From assembly GCF_022045235.1 (NCBI RefSeq), contig NW_027266308.1, forward strand, positions 22,072,001 through 22,136,000: 64,000 nt of DNA. Reading direction: 5' to 3'. The stretch is from Haliotis cracherodii. Its lineage: Eukaryota. How positions within the stretch are numbered: the first letter of the stretch is position 1; each line of letters begins with the position of its first letter. The position numbers and the translations under genes are program-made. Below the pieces are notes generated by a model, which ran no database searches, had not been told where the DNA came from, and saw only the letters and a program-made list of their open reading frames with translations. Of the stretch, positions 37,296 to 49,968 are shown one piece after another.

Positions 37296-37572
37296 GGAGC
37301 ACGGGTTGCCCAGTCGTCTAAGGCCCCACGATTTGTGCAGAGTTGCGTCCCTTGGGCACGCCAGAAACCTATGATTGCGGGTTCGAATCCCGGTTCGCCC
37401 CGATTATGTTTCTAGGTTTGTCAGCACCATACCCGTGCTCGTGGGTGTCACCGAAGTGGTAAACGTCTGAGACATGCATCACTTCGGGCTTTCCTCCCAC
37501 ATTAAGCTGACACGCCGTGATATAACTGGAATACTGTTAAGAGCGGCGTTAAACCCAACTCAATCACTCACT
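37296..37572 (+). mobile_element. SINE family B, full length
   Basis: Same sequence as the other B copies; gagtacc flanking repeat. Confidence 0.85.
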
Positions 37573-38261
37573 GAGTGAGTACCCGCTGGAAAAACAATAT
37601 TTTGCGTATGTATACTTCTGAATAATGGCCATGTCATTGTCGCTATTCAAAGTGCCATACAGAGTAATATAAGTATGCGTGTTTATCAATTATTGACCAT
37701 TCACGGGGGCAATATCATGTTTTATGGAGTGAAATTGATTATGACCGAGGGCAGCCAGCGGCCGAGGTCAATATCAGTTACCTGGATCCATAAAACATGA
37801 TATTGCTCGAATTGTGTCCATTATTGATATTGCTTTATGACATAATTTAAAACAGAGAAATATTTCAAATTCAACAATAATTAAATCAGATGTCACGGGA
37901 AGTCATAGGGGATGATGCACAGCTAGACTTGCGTTACGCTCTCTCTGATTGGCTGAAAATATTTCTATCCTTTGAACTGGTTCAATCATACAGAGCAATA
38001 TCACTTTTGATCACTGCACAGAGGGTGGGTCTCTGGGCAATACCGTGTTTTAAGGAAGGTCATGTGACCCTTTCTCATCCAATGAAAATACAGATATAAT
38101 TTGTAAATTGGGAAGTCAATGTCCAAAGTTGCCCGAAAGTTTGGTAAATCCAAATGTGTAATTTAATGACTGGGAGAAACGGGTGAGACTGCATTGAGAC
38201 CATGGCATGGCAGATCTAACAAACGACACCGTGACAAGATCCTCTCATCACATTAGTTTAC

Positions 38262-38511
38262 TTATGAAGATCCGGAGTAGAATCTTTAGCACCCCATGCT
38301 AGCTGTAAAAGGCGAATATGGTTGTCGTAAGAGGTGACTAACGGGATCGGGTGGACAAGCTGCTGACTTGATTGATGCTTGTCATCATATCCCAATAGAT
38401 CGATGTTCATGATGTCAATCACTGGATTGTCTGGTCCAGCCTCGATTATTTACAGACCGCCGTCATATACCTTGACTATTGCTGAGTGGGGCTCTTGACA
38501 ACAAAGAAACA
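38262..38511 (+). mobile_element. SINE family A copy
   Basis: tgaagatccggagtagaat.. to tail. Confidence 0.8.
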
Positions 38512-38539
38512 AGATTACATTACATAATTTGCACAATGT

Positions 38540-39060
38540 AATAGGAAGTGGGCGAGGCAACACCAGGGACGGAATGTGAGCCGATGGCACAACACAATGT
38601 TTACAGACGTATAAAGGTTTTTTCTCCAATTCATATATGGCACGTATGGCGGAAAACGACGTTGTCGACGGAGGCAAGCGGTGTGCCAGGGCTACAGTTC
38701 TTGGCCGTGATCGGAATGGGGGCGACGGTGTCATGGTGTGGGGCGGTATCACACATGACAGGCGAACTGATTAGGATATTGTGAATGGACATTTGACTGG
38801 CTAGTAAATATATATGTTGAATCCTGTCGTTGATCCATTTTCTAGAATTATCGGCAGAAATTTTATACAGCAAGATGACAATGCCAGATCGTCCCGATTA
38901 TCTACGACGAGAATGCATATGGACATTGGAATGGCCCGCTAGGCTCCGACATGTCACAAACAGAGCATCTGTGGGATGTTCTCTGGTGGAGAGTGTGTAT
39001 GTCAGAGATAACCCAGCACCCGCCAACGTTGTCCGGCTTGGCGTAGCTCTTTAGGCGAGT
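38540..39060 (+). mobile_element. Decayed Tc1/mariner transposase fragment
   Basis: Frameshifted translation contains GDGVMVWGGI, QQDDNAR, LEWPA and EHLWD, the Tc1 DD34E-domain motifs. Confidence 0.8.
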
Positions 39061-39639
39061 AGTATAGACAGTGGAGGTACGTCAATCCGCATAAATGTAT
39101 GTCATGATGTTGCAGGACTAACATTTACATAGAATTATGGGGCACGACGCCATCTCATGATGCGGCAAGACAAAATTATGGGGCACCAATATATAGCATC
39201 AATATTTATCAAGAATATTTATCCTGACTCTATCCGGCTCCCTGGTTTTGGCGCGGAATGCTTGGCGTGCTTGTCTCCCCTGTACTGTGAACTTGTTTTT
39301 TGCATCTTCACAAATGCCACTTGTCTTAAAAGTATTTGATCGAATACCATGTTGCATTGTGTTGTTTGAATTCTGACAACACTAAACGAATCTCTTCCTC
39401 AGGTACCTTGCCATCAGCTGGTGCTGTTGAGATATGGTCCTCAGTGCTATTTAACTATTTAATGAAGAGAGAGAGAGTAACCAGGGAAAATTTATCGCAC
39501 ACGAAATCCAAAGATGATTGGAGATCTTATAAGATTGCCACAAGTTGTCCTGATGGCCACAAGTTGTATGTTTCTAGGTTCGTCAGCACCATACCCGTGC
39601 TCATGGGTTCCACCGAAGTGGTTAACGTCTGAGACCTGA

Positions 39640-40850
39640 CACCCACAGGTGGTTTTGAGTGGGTAGATAATATAGATGTGAATAATATTCCCAAAGATTC
39701 TGATACATACTGGAAGTTGACTTTGAATACCCCACACATTTTCAAAACACCAATTGTTATCCGCTAGCCCCTGAAAGTTTAATGGTGTCTGACTATGAAC
39801 ATAACTTGATGGGAAAAGACAAAGCTAAAGTAGAAAAAACTCGTAACAATTTGATGGATTAGACAAAGTATATAGTCCACTATAGAAATCTCCAGTTATA
39901 CCTATCATTTGGTATAAAACTAAAGAAACTACATAGTTTGATCAAAGCCCTTTTATGACACCATACATACGGAACGATGGCTACTAGTGAAAAGAACCTA
40001 TATAAGCTCAAGAATAATTTGGTAAAACTATGGAGAATCACAGCAAATATTGATGTTGATTTTTTCGAAACAAACAGCTAGTCCAGCTTTTAACAAAACA
40101 TATTTGATAACGACTTAGTAGCATTACATATGAAAAAGAGTAATATAAAATTCAAAAGACCAGTATATGTTATTATGAGTTTTCTTGACTTGTCAGAACA
40201 CTAACTGTACGACTTTTATTACAATGAACTTAAGAAGCAACATGTTCATAGATGCGAGGTCTTATATACTACTCAAAAGAAGTTAAGGACCACTTGATGC
40301 TTTCATATTACTACAGTTAATCTGGCATGCCATGATGTATTAACTATAGTAATATGATAGAATCAGGTGGTCCTTAACTTCTTTTGAGTAGTATATACCG
40401 ATACAAATTCATTTGTGATGGAAATACAAACTGATGATTTGTATAAAGATATGGCAGACAAATAGAAAGTATGATCCAAAGATTACCCAAAAGATAATCC
40501 ACCCCAGCACAGTAAATACAAAGGTATTTGGTAAGATAAAGGATGAGTGTGCTGGAACTCCTATTGCTGAGTATGTTGGATTGAGATCAAAGATCTATTG
40601 CGTAAAGACTTCTGATAATGATGAACTAAGAATAGCTAAAGGTGTTAAGAAGTATGTAGTAACAAATCATCGTTAACGTGACCATGACGAGGCATTATTC
40701 AACAGTAGAACATTCAAACATGAGATGTGACATTAAGTGACAAGCACAGGGTATATGGATTAACAATGAATAAGACATCTTTATTCCCCCTTAGGTACAC
40801 AGAGATGGGTTGATAAGTGGTGAACTACCCATGCATGTGGTTACTTTGGA
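39640..40850 (+). mobile_element. Decayed protein-primed DNA polymerase B (Polinton/adintovirus-like)
   Basis: Broken frames show YPLAPE, YIVHYRNLQLYL, YKLKNN, GKTMEN, YTDTNS and KVFGKIKDECAGTPIAEYVGLRSK. Confidence 0.8.
40267..40393. mobile_element. Tc1-type MITE inserted at TA inside the polB remnant
   Basis: Perfect inverted repeats TA-ctactcaaaagaagttaaggaccac / gtggtccttaacttcttttgagtag-TA. Confidence 0.85.
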
Positions 40851-40859
40851 TGTAATACT

Positions 40860-41207
40860 GTATCACTGGAAAGTATTGGCAACTCTCCTCCTACAAATCC
40901 TCTGCGCGGTCCATCTGCATCATAATGCAAGTAAGGCTCACCACATCGACTAATGTTATATATCTTAAGAGACCAAACTGGATCAATTGCACAGCGTTGG
41001 CCTCCACTGAGTTCACCAGGCTGGTATAAATATCTTACACTGGAACTGTTTGTTCTTTACCTATCCGCGGCGCTGAAGATTCAGAAGTCACATATTTCAT
41101 TTTAATAGCACCGGTTGGGCTCTTTCTAATTAATATTGATACTTCATTCTTTAGCGCTGATACAGCAGCTGATATTCGTGTCAACCATTCTGTTGATCTT
41201 TTATCAG

Positions 41208-41242
<35 letters not shown>

Positions 41243-41720
41243 TCCTGGGCATATTGATCCAAAATTCGGTTAAATCTTCCAACAATAGCTTGGCTACAAT
41301 GGACCTCTTGTTCACCACGCCAGATTGCAACATCGTGCTTTGTTGATAGTTTAGTTACTGATCCTATAAACTCGAGTCCAGAATCTACTCGACATAACTA
41401 TATATGCAATCTAGTGCATCAACTGCTTCAGTTGAATCTTTTGAGGTCAATGGCTCAGTATCTTTGTATCGACTAGATAATCTACTACTGTTAAGGCATA
41501 TTCATTTTCTTTACATCGTGCCTTATGTGGAAGAAACAGGAGATCAGCCTGGTGAACTTCATTTGTTGTGGATATATTAACTTTTCTCTTGGTATATATC
41601 GTGGGCCTGGCAAGTATATTTGCCATATTGCTTCTGGTTTAGATATCTTATCTGCTGTAGCTAGTTTTTGTATTGCTCCCTTACCCTTCCAGTATCCTCA
41701 CGGGCTATAGTAAATTATAT
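40860..41720 (-). mobile_element. Decayed retroviral-type integrase, convergent with polB (Polinton/adintovirus-like); contains a (CAT)n expansion
   Basis: QAIVGRFNRI..QYAQEM..RSTEWLTRISAAVSAL resembles rve integrases of Polinton-like elements. Confidence 0.6.
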
Positions 41721-42847
41721 CCATTATCAATTAATATTGATTCCTTTAATATAATATAGTAATATGGACTTTCAAATGTGGCACCTCATAATGTTTTAGT
41801 AAAGGTAGCATCTTTCTGCATCATGACATGTATGGTCATTATACCTCCATCAGTTACCTTAGTTTTTGTAGTTCGTATATACAGAGTTATATAAGAGTTA
41901 TATAATTAAGCATGCAAATAATATTATAATATCACCGACTGACTGACTATACATAAATGCTATATCAATAATATCTGCCCGAGTAAGTGGCAAATCAAGA
42001 CAAATAGATGCGCTAAATGGTTGTAAGGCAACATTAATATATATTAATATTAATATAATAATTATATATGTATATATGTATATTTGGAACATTTATCAAC
42101 TGCGTCCGTAACAAAACGTATCTCACGTGAATATACGTTATTTGGAATTTGATTCCATGGAGTTGAAGTTAGGTTTGTTAAGACGTATAATATTATTTCA
42201 TGGAATTCTAAGTCTACGGTCTACTGTCTAGTTTTATAGTTCCAAGCCATACATTAATTCCATGAAGCATTTTAGGCCAGGGTCAACCCTCGCATTCATT
42301 TGGGGACGCATTGCTTGATAAATTACAGTACCCATGGACAAATATAAGGGGTCACTTGATGAGTGAGTGAGTTGAGTTGAAAATGTGACATGGCCAAAGC
42401 ATAAGTAACAAACGACAGACCGCGAAGACAGATAAGCTTGCCATGCTTCAGCATCTCCTACAGCTGTGGGGCAGCCCTGTGCGTGCGTTTGGTTTAGCTG
42501 ATAACGATGGTTGACGGTTTCCATGTTTAAATACTTGTAGTTATTTTTATCAAACGGAGAATTCAGCGTTATTTGTCAGTCTTGTTTACACTTTTCAGTT
42601 CAATGAACTGAGACCGAAGTTTGTATAAATGGGATATTAGCAACGCCTGATCGATATTCTAGTAATAAAGGAACAATTATATTAATAATCTGTCACAATT
42701 GAAATCATATTCTGAATAGCAAACACATGGCAGCCACAACACCTACACTGTTCACAAAACAGTTGGACCGAACTCTTAACTGGTGAGCTGAATGTGATGT
42801 CCACACGCATGTGACAGGTACGTGTTAGCATTTCAATACTTCTGTTG

Positions 42848-44425
42848 TGGGTAAGGTCTCGAGAGATAAAATTCGTCACATCTGTTGCAGGTAAGGTCTT
42901 GAGAGACGCAATGTGCCACATCTATTGCAGGTAAGGTCTAGAGAGATGCTATTTGCCACATATATTGCAGGTAAGGTCTTGAGAGATGCTATTTGCCACA
43001 TTTATTGCAGGTAAGGTCTTGAGAGATGCTATTTGCCACATTTTTTGCAGGTAAGGTCTTGAGAGATGCTATTTGTCACATCTATTGCAGGTAAGGTCTT
43101 GAGAGATGCTATTTGCCACATCTATTGCAGGAAAGGTCTTGAGAGATGCTATTTGTCACACCTATTGCAGGTAAGGTCTTGAGAGACGCAATGTGCCACA
43201 TCTATTGCAGGTAAGGTCTTGAGAGATGCTATTTGCCACACCTATTGCAGGTAAGGTCTTGAGAGATGCTATTTGTCACACCTATTGCAGGTAAGGTCTT
43301 GAGAGATGCTATTTGTCACACCTATTGCAGGTAAGGTCTTGAGAGATGCTACTTGCCACATATGTTGCAGGTAAGGTCTAGAGAGATGCTATTTGTCACA
43401 TTTATTGCAGGTAAGGTCTTGAGAGATGCTCTTTGTCACATCTATTGCAGGTAAGGTCTTGAGAGACGCAAGGTGCCACATCTATTGCAGGTAAGGTCTT
43501 GAGAGATGCTATTTGCCACACCTATTGCAGGTAAGGTCTTGGGAGATGCTATCTGTCACACCTATTGCAGGTAATGTCTTGAGAGATGCTATTTGTCACA
43601 CCTATTGCAGGTAAGGTCTTGAGAGATGCTACTTGCCACATATGTTGCAGGTAAGGTCTAGAGAGATGCTATTTGTCACATTTATTGCAGGTAAGGTCTT
43701 GAGAGATGCTATTTGTCACACCTATTGCAGGTAAGGTCTTGGGAGATGATATATGCCACATCTATTGCAGGTAAAGTCTTGAGAGATGCTATTTGTCACA
43801 CCTATTGCAGGTAAGGTCTTGGGAGATGCTATCTGTCACACCTATTGCAGGTAATGTCTTGAGAGATGCTATTTGTCACACCTATTGCAGGTAAGGTCTT
43901 GAGAGATGCTACTTGCCACATATGTTGCAGGTAAGGTCTAGAGAGATGCTATTTGTCACACCTATTGCAGGTAAGGTCTTGAGAGATGCTATCTGTCACA
44001 CCTATTGCAGGTAAGGTCTTGAGAGATGCTATTTGCCACATCTATTGCAGGTAAGGTCTTGAGAGGTCCTATTTGTCACATATATTGCAGGTAAGGTCTT
44101 GAGAGATGCTATTTGTCACACCTATTGCAGGTAAGGTCTTGAGAGATGCTATATGCCACATCTATTGCAGGTAAAGTCTTGAGAGATGCTATTTGTCACA
44201 CCTATTGCAGGTAAGGTCTTGAGAGATGCTATCTGTCACACCTATTGCAGGTAAGGTCTTGAGAGATGCTATTTGCCACATCTATTGCAGGTAAGGTCTT
44301 GAGAGATGCTCTTTGTCACATCTATTGCAGGTAAGGTCTTGAGAGGTCCTATTTGTCACATATATTGCAGGTAAGGTCTTGAGAGATGATATTTGCCACA
44401 TCTGTTGCAGGTTAGGTCTTGAGAT
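42848..44425 (+). repeat. 40-bp minisatellite (39 units), each carrying TTGCAG|GTAAG
   Basis: Unit ctattgcaggtaaggtcttgagagatgctatttgtcacac; CAG ends every 40 bp from 42890 to 44410. Confidence 0.97.
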
Positions 44426-44834
44426 ATACAATTCGTTATTACACCTCTTGCAAACGGTCATGAGAGATTCAGTTCATCAGATCTCATATTTTAGGTAAGG
44501 CCTAGAGATTACTTCTTTTCTATTCTAGGTTTTATGTCCTTATTCTCTTCTTTTTTGTGAGGGTCTTGACAAAAGTCATTGTAACTCTATTTACGAGGCA
44601 AGGTTTCGTGTTTTGCCCAAACTGACAAAGGACTGAACCGGAACTTTAAAATTCAGGAAACATGTTTGCAACATGTGCTCGACAAAATCTATATTGAACT
44701 AACGGTCTAACACGTAGCCGACTGAACTATACCCCCTTCCAATATGGCACAACTTAACGAACATTTGTACTTCTCTTGTAGTCCTCAAACACAAGACCTC
44801 TTCAAAACTAGAAGTACTACGTGATATTTAAGTC

Positions 44835-44964
44835 ATGTCAGCACATAACGACTCCACTGTACACGAGACAAGTTTCACAACGTTCGGTGATGACGTTGGA
44901 AAAAAAGACGGGGGTAAGAAAACCTTCCTACCCAATATTATCACAACAAAAATACGTAGTTCTG
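44835..44964 (+). CDS. SLC46-like paralog 3, first coding exon (MSAHNDSTVHET...), two possible phase-1 donors (44913 or 44964)
   Basis: Acceptor ttctcttgtag at 44781; MSAH start shared with paralog 1; both donors join in frame to 46163. Confidence 0.7.
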
Positions 44965-45231
44965 GTGAGTTTACAGCCTTTGTAAAATCCTTATCAGAGA
45001 TTTATAAAAAGAGTTTGAATGATGTTATCTGAGAGACCAGATATTTTTTCATCTACATCTGCAAAACCCGATATTGTTTTAACTAAAACTATGAGTTTAA
45101 ATGTTTTTTTCTTTTTCTCAACAGTGAGAAGCATAGTTATTTTTTCAAAAAACCAAAAAAGTGGTCTCACATGACATTTATTGGCTAATCTGTGTGTAGT
45201 CTCATATGACATTGACCTTACACTGTGTCGT

Positions 45232-45730
45232 GGCACTATTCCAGCTATACGGCTGTAGTTTGTAAATAATTGGATCTGGACCAGACAATCCAGTGTTCGA
45301 TATTGTGAGCATCGATCCACACAGTTGGGATACGATTACATATAATCAACCAAGTAATCGAGCATGATTACCCGATCCATTTATTGACGTCCTGCGATAA
45401 GCCTAGACGGCTGCGGACCTACTTGGCATTTGCGGTTAAACTGTCTGTGGTCTTTTATGACATTTGCAGTTAAACTTTGTGTGGTCAAATAGGTTTCTCA
45501 TATTGTTGTGCTACTGAACCACTGGGAATAACTTACTTTAAGCAACCTATGGTTTTCGTTCGAGGCGACTTTATGTATGGGTTGGTCAAACTCAGTGACT
45601 TGTTTTATTGCGTGTCATCGACGGCGAGGATCGTTGCTCATGATGTCGATCACTGGTTTGTCTGAATATTTAAATGTCGCCGCCATATAAATGATGTATT
45701 CCTCAGGGCGACGTTAAAAATAAAGAAATA
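45232..45730. mobile_element. Two decayed SINE family A copies (minus 45232-45420, plus 45538-45730)
   Basis: tattccagctatac..ctggaccagacaatccagtg (minus) and agcaacc..gaggcgact..gatcactggtttgtctg..ggcgacgttaaa (plus). Confidence 0.65.
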
Positions 45731-46162
45731 ATCATACTTGTCTGTCAAAAATTCAAATAATCGATCACTTGCGAAAGATGTAGATGTAGCTGTAGGAATT
45801 TCGATTCAGAATAGGTCCCCACATATAAGAAAATATGAGCGTTGGAAAATAAAAAAACCAAAACAACCTTATACTTGTCTGCCAAAAACTTATATAAAGT
45901 TGCAAACGATCAGCGCACTCACATTAGAAAACAAGCCAAACAGCTCCACCCTGCCGTGCCGCTCTTACACCCTGTAGCGATTCTGATTCAGTATATTAGG
46001 CTCTGTAATCTGGTTGAGTGTGTGTCGTCATACCGAGTGCCTGTGTACCTGCTCCATCATTTGCACGACCACGTTATATAGATGGAATAGTTCTCCAGCC
46101 TGAAACAATTAACAAGCAAAAGTGATGTTTCACAAAATGTAGACTTGCGTTTTACGCTTCAG

Positions 46163-47224
46163 ATTATGGTAGCATAGATCGCACCGCCCCAACTCCTGGA
46201 CGACCTCGCTACGTGGCCGTGGAGGTCGTAGGACTCCTGTACTTCACCAACACCTACTATCTGATATACCACCAACAGTTCTACCTCCGCGAGAGGGCAA
46301 AGCTGGAGTATGATGTGAACCATCTCAGCGAGAGCCTCATGAATAACAGCACAGATCGAGAGAACACCATACAAGCCAAAGCTACTACTGATTTGATTCT
46401 CATAACTCTATGCCTGATCCTACCTGCTAGTTTAACTACTCTCCTGGTGGGGGGACTCTCGGACGTGTTTGGGCGGAAGATGCTAATGTATCTCTCACTA
46501 ACAGGGGCAATGATTTATTGTATCAATATGATAATTGTTGTTCGGTACAGTTTAAGCGTCTACTTCTTGTGTATAGGAGCGGTGTTACATGGATTGGGAG
46601 GTTACTTTGCAACAATGATGACAGCCTTGTTTAGCACTGTAGCGGACATCACTGAACCAGGGGATAGGAGATCATGGCGTATGATTCTGCTCTCCTTCAT
46701 CCTGTTCCTGGCCTCTGCTCTTGGAGCGTCTATTAGTGGAATCTGGATTGACAGAGCCGGCTACCTACAACCTCTGTACCTTAGTATTGCTCTCTGCATT
46801 GCATCGCTTTTTGTAGTCATAATTTTCATTCCAGAAACTCACCAGGCGGCGAAATCAAAACATGTACTGAAAGAAAATTTATCGATTATTAAACAAGGAT
46901 TTAACTTTTACTTCGCCCCGTCAAAAACTCGCACGTTAGTCGGTTTGTGCCTCATGACATTCATCACATCTTTTTCTGTGGGCTTTACGAAACAGATGAT
47001 CCTGAACCTGTTCCTGCTCACCAGCCCCTTCTTCTGGTCGACGACCCATATCACTCTGTACTCTGCCCTTAGGGTGTTGCTGTCTTGGTTCGTCATCTTA
47101 CTGACGACAGGGTGTCTCAGACGAGTCATGTCCGCCATCAGCCTGACTCTCGTTGGCGTCCTGTCAAACATCGTGTCACTTGTCCTCATCGCGACCAGCA
47201 CCAACGACCCCATGATATATATAG
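46163..47224 (+). CDS. SLC46-like MFS transporter paralog 3, large exon
   Basis: GGLSDVFGRK, VADIT, IPET, PFFW; gcttcag acceptor, ATAG|gtgaga donor. Confidence 0.92.
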
Positions 47225-47324
47225 GTGAGAGTACATGCATCTACGTACTTGTATTACATTCATCCCATACAGCAACATGGTACCCTGTCTCGTCGTATAC
47301 GAGCTCCGTGTTCTTGTCGATAGG

Positions 47325-48090
47325 ACCGCCTCCGTGGTCTAGTGGTAGAGCGTCCACCCGGAGAGCGTCAAACCAAAAGATGTTAAAAGATGGTACTTGT
47401 CGTTACCCTGTCTCGGCAATAAGGGGATAAAACAACGACTGGTGGCTCGGAGACAGTATACTGTGTCTGAGTGGGGTATTCATGTTGAACTGCGGCAACT
47501 GTTCTCAGTTGGCTAGCTATCACTATAAATCGGCATCAGTCCGGAANNNNNNNNNNNNNNNNNNNNNNNNNNNNNNNNNNNNNNNNNNNNNNNNNNNNNN
47601 NNNNNNNNNNNNNNNNNNNNNNNNNNNNNNNNNNNNNNNNNNNNNNNNNNNNNNNNNNNNNNNNNNNNNNNNNNNNNNNNNNNNNNNNNNNNNNNNNNNN
47701 NNNNNNNNNNNNNNNNNNNNNNNNNNNNNNNNNNNNNNNNNNNNGCAATGATCTTGGACGCGACGTTAAACCCAATTTTCCCCACCTCTAGTCAGGGGAG
47801 CGGAAGGTCCGTGGTTCGATCCACCGTCTGTGGCATACCAAACGACGTTTCAAAATGATACTTGTTGTAACCTTGCATTGTGCTCAGCATACAACAAGGA
47901 CTAGTCGACTTTGAATCAGTATACTTTGTCTGAGCGTGGTATTCATGACAAATTGTATCAAGCACTACAAACCGGGATACGGCCGGACTTGTACAATCAC
48001 AAGCTCGCACGCACGACCATTGCACACGCACAACTGCTTTGAAAGTGCAATAATCTTGAACACGACGTTAAATCCTAAAAAGAAACTCAC
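47325..48090 (+). mobile_element. Two tandem SINE family D copies; the first spans the assembly gap
   Basis: ccgcctccgtggtctagtggtagagcg head, accaaa..aaa(g)atg(g/a)tacttgt core and gcaat(g/a)atcttg..cgacgttaaa tail, each seen twice. Confidence 0.7.
47547..47744. other. Assembly gap (198 N)
   Basis: Run of N. Confidence 1.
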
Positions 48091-48243
48091 CTCAACTCTC
48101 GGGCTCACCACATCCTTCTACTCCAACCCACGGTCTCTTCATATTCATGAAGTGATGTATTCCTTGACGTGAAGTAGCTGATAATAGTATCACACCATGG
48201 CACTAATCTACTTCCATGTGCTAACTACAATCTTCTGTTTCAG

Positions 48244-48327
48244 CGGGTGTGGCGGGCGTATATGCCCAAGCAACAGGCCCTTTAATGAGAGGGTTTATGT
48301 CTAGTCTCGCAAGTCCTGACCAGCAAG
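48244..48327 (+). CDS. SLC46-like paralog 3, 84-nt exon
   Basis: AGVAGVYAQATGPLMRGFMSSLASPDQQG; ctgtttcag acceptor, gtaagc donor. Confidence 0.92.
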
Positions 48328-48919
48328 GTAAGCCAGCTGTTTCAAGAACAAATTTTTCAAAGTATTCCCCAGAAACCCCTCTCCCTGAGCAGACACTATG
48401 GGAGACCAAACAATCACTTTCAACAGCACGATCACGCGCGGTAACACTATTACCTTGGTTATGTAATATTATGCGGAATGAAAAAAAAGAAGATTTTTTA
48501 CACCCACTCTATTTAACGAGCTTTTTGTCAAATCATGGATGTACAGCTGTTACAAACTTTGTGTTGTTACTCTCAAACATTAAAGCTATATTGCATTTTC
48601 ATTAAAGAATCGGAAATGAAGCCGCCGTGTACTGACATTGTATTTAATATTATTGCAATCTCAATATTAGGTACTTCATATATCTATAAAAGCGAACCAA
48701 TATCTCTGATATCTCATTTGTCCAACCCTTTACCTGTCGAGACCTTAATAACAATAACGTTGACTTTGCCCTGTAGAGCTATATGAGCTTACGATCTTCA
48801 ACTTGGAAACCGTAAAATGCTATGCTGCTTTGTCGAAAGCGACTGACCTATCCCGTAAGGTACATTATAAGTTGTAGCAGGATCCCTCGGGGTAGATGGG
48901 GTTATATGCGTCCCTCTTT

Positions 48920-49440
48920 ATGTCTTATACCACTCGCCGGAGCAGCCTATGTAGCTGGGATATAGCATAGGTCTTATACCACTCGCCGGAGCAGCCTTTG
49001 TAGCTGGGATATAGCATAGGTCTTATACCACTCGCCGGAGCAGCCTATGTAGCTGGGATATAGCATAGGTCTTATACCGCTCGCCGGAGCAGCCTATGTA
49101 GCTGGGATATAGCATAGGTCTTATACCACTCGCCGGAGCGACCTATATAGCTGAGATATAGCATAGGTCTTATACCACTCGCCGGAGCAGCCTTTGTAGC
49201 TGGGATATAGCATAGGTCTTATACCACTCGCCGGAGCAGCCTATGTAGCTGGGATATAGCATAGGTCTTATACCACTCGCCGGAGCAGCCTTTGTAGCTG
49301 AGATATAGCATAGGTCTTATACCACTCGCCGGAGCAGCCTTTGTAGCTGAGATATAGCATAGGTCTTATATCACTCGCCGGAGCAGCCTTTGTAGCTGGG
49401 ATATTGCATAGGTCTTATACCACTCGCTGGGATATAGCAT
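48920..49440. repeat. 49-bp minisatellite (about 10 units) resembling the shared SINE 3' tail
   Basis: Unit gtcttataccactcgccggagcagcctatgtagctgggatatagcatag. Confidence 0.92.
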
Positions 49441-49968
49441 AATTCGGTGGATAAATCTCTCTGACTCACGTAATCACCAACCCACATGTAAGTAGCACAT
49501 GGGAAGGGGAGACATGATATATGTCATGAATGACGTGTACGAGGATACATTTTCTTCAGTGAGTACATGATTGTATGGACACGAGTTCTAAAAAGGCATT
49601 ATCGTCTTTTTCGAAAATAATTCAGATACTTTTGGGAATTAACGGTTTAACAATGGCGTGTGTCACACCTCCATGTCAGAATGATGAGATCTGATTGGTC
49701 TACGTGTTTACTTGCGGAAAGACTGTGATGGCATGCAAAATATATTAATGAAAACCCAATGGTTTTTTTGATCGTCAAACAAGTGCTGTTGCACGTGTAC
49801 GTCATGATGGTGTGTTTCGGCGCGTCAACTTCTTAAAACGTTCTTTTGACAGATCCTCTGGATTGGTAAAAGTGGGTTTTGGTATGGGCCGGCTAATCTG
49901 CCTTTATTTAAGTTCCATTTGTTCCATATTGGGATCTTAAGCTGGCCACTGTGGAACCTGTGTAATTG

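Noticed and set aside
37690-37830. Palindrome caatatcatgttttatgga..tccataaaacatgatattg as an ncRNA hairpin
   Set aside because: More likely part of a dispersed DNA repeat; nothing supports an RNA gene.
41035-41262. Poly-Met ORF (and the poly-Tyr/Leu ORFs at about 22100)
   Set aside because: Caused by (CAT)n and (TAA)n microsatellites.
47482-47785. ORFs containing X runs
   Set aside because: They span the 198-N assembly gap.
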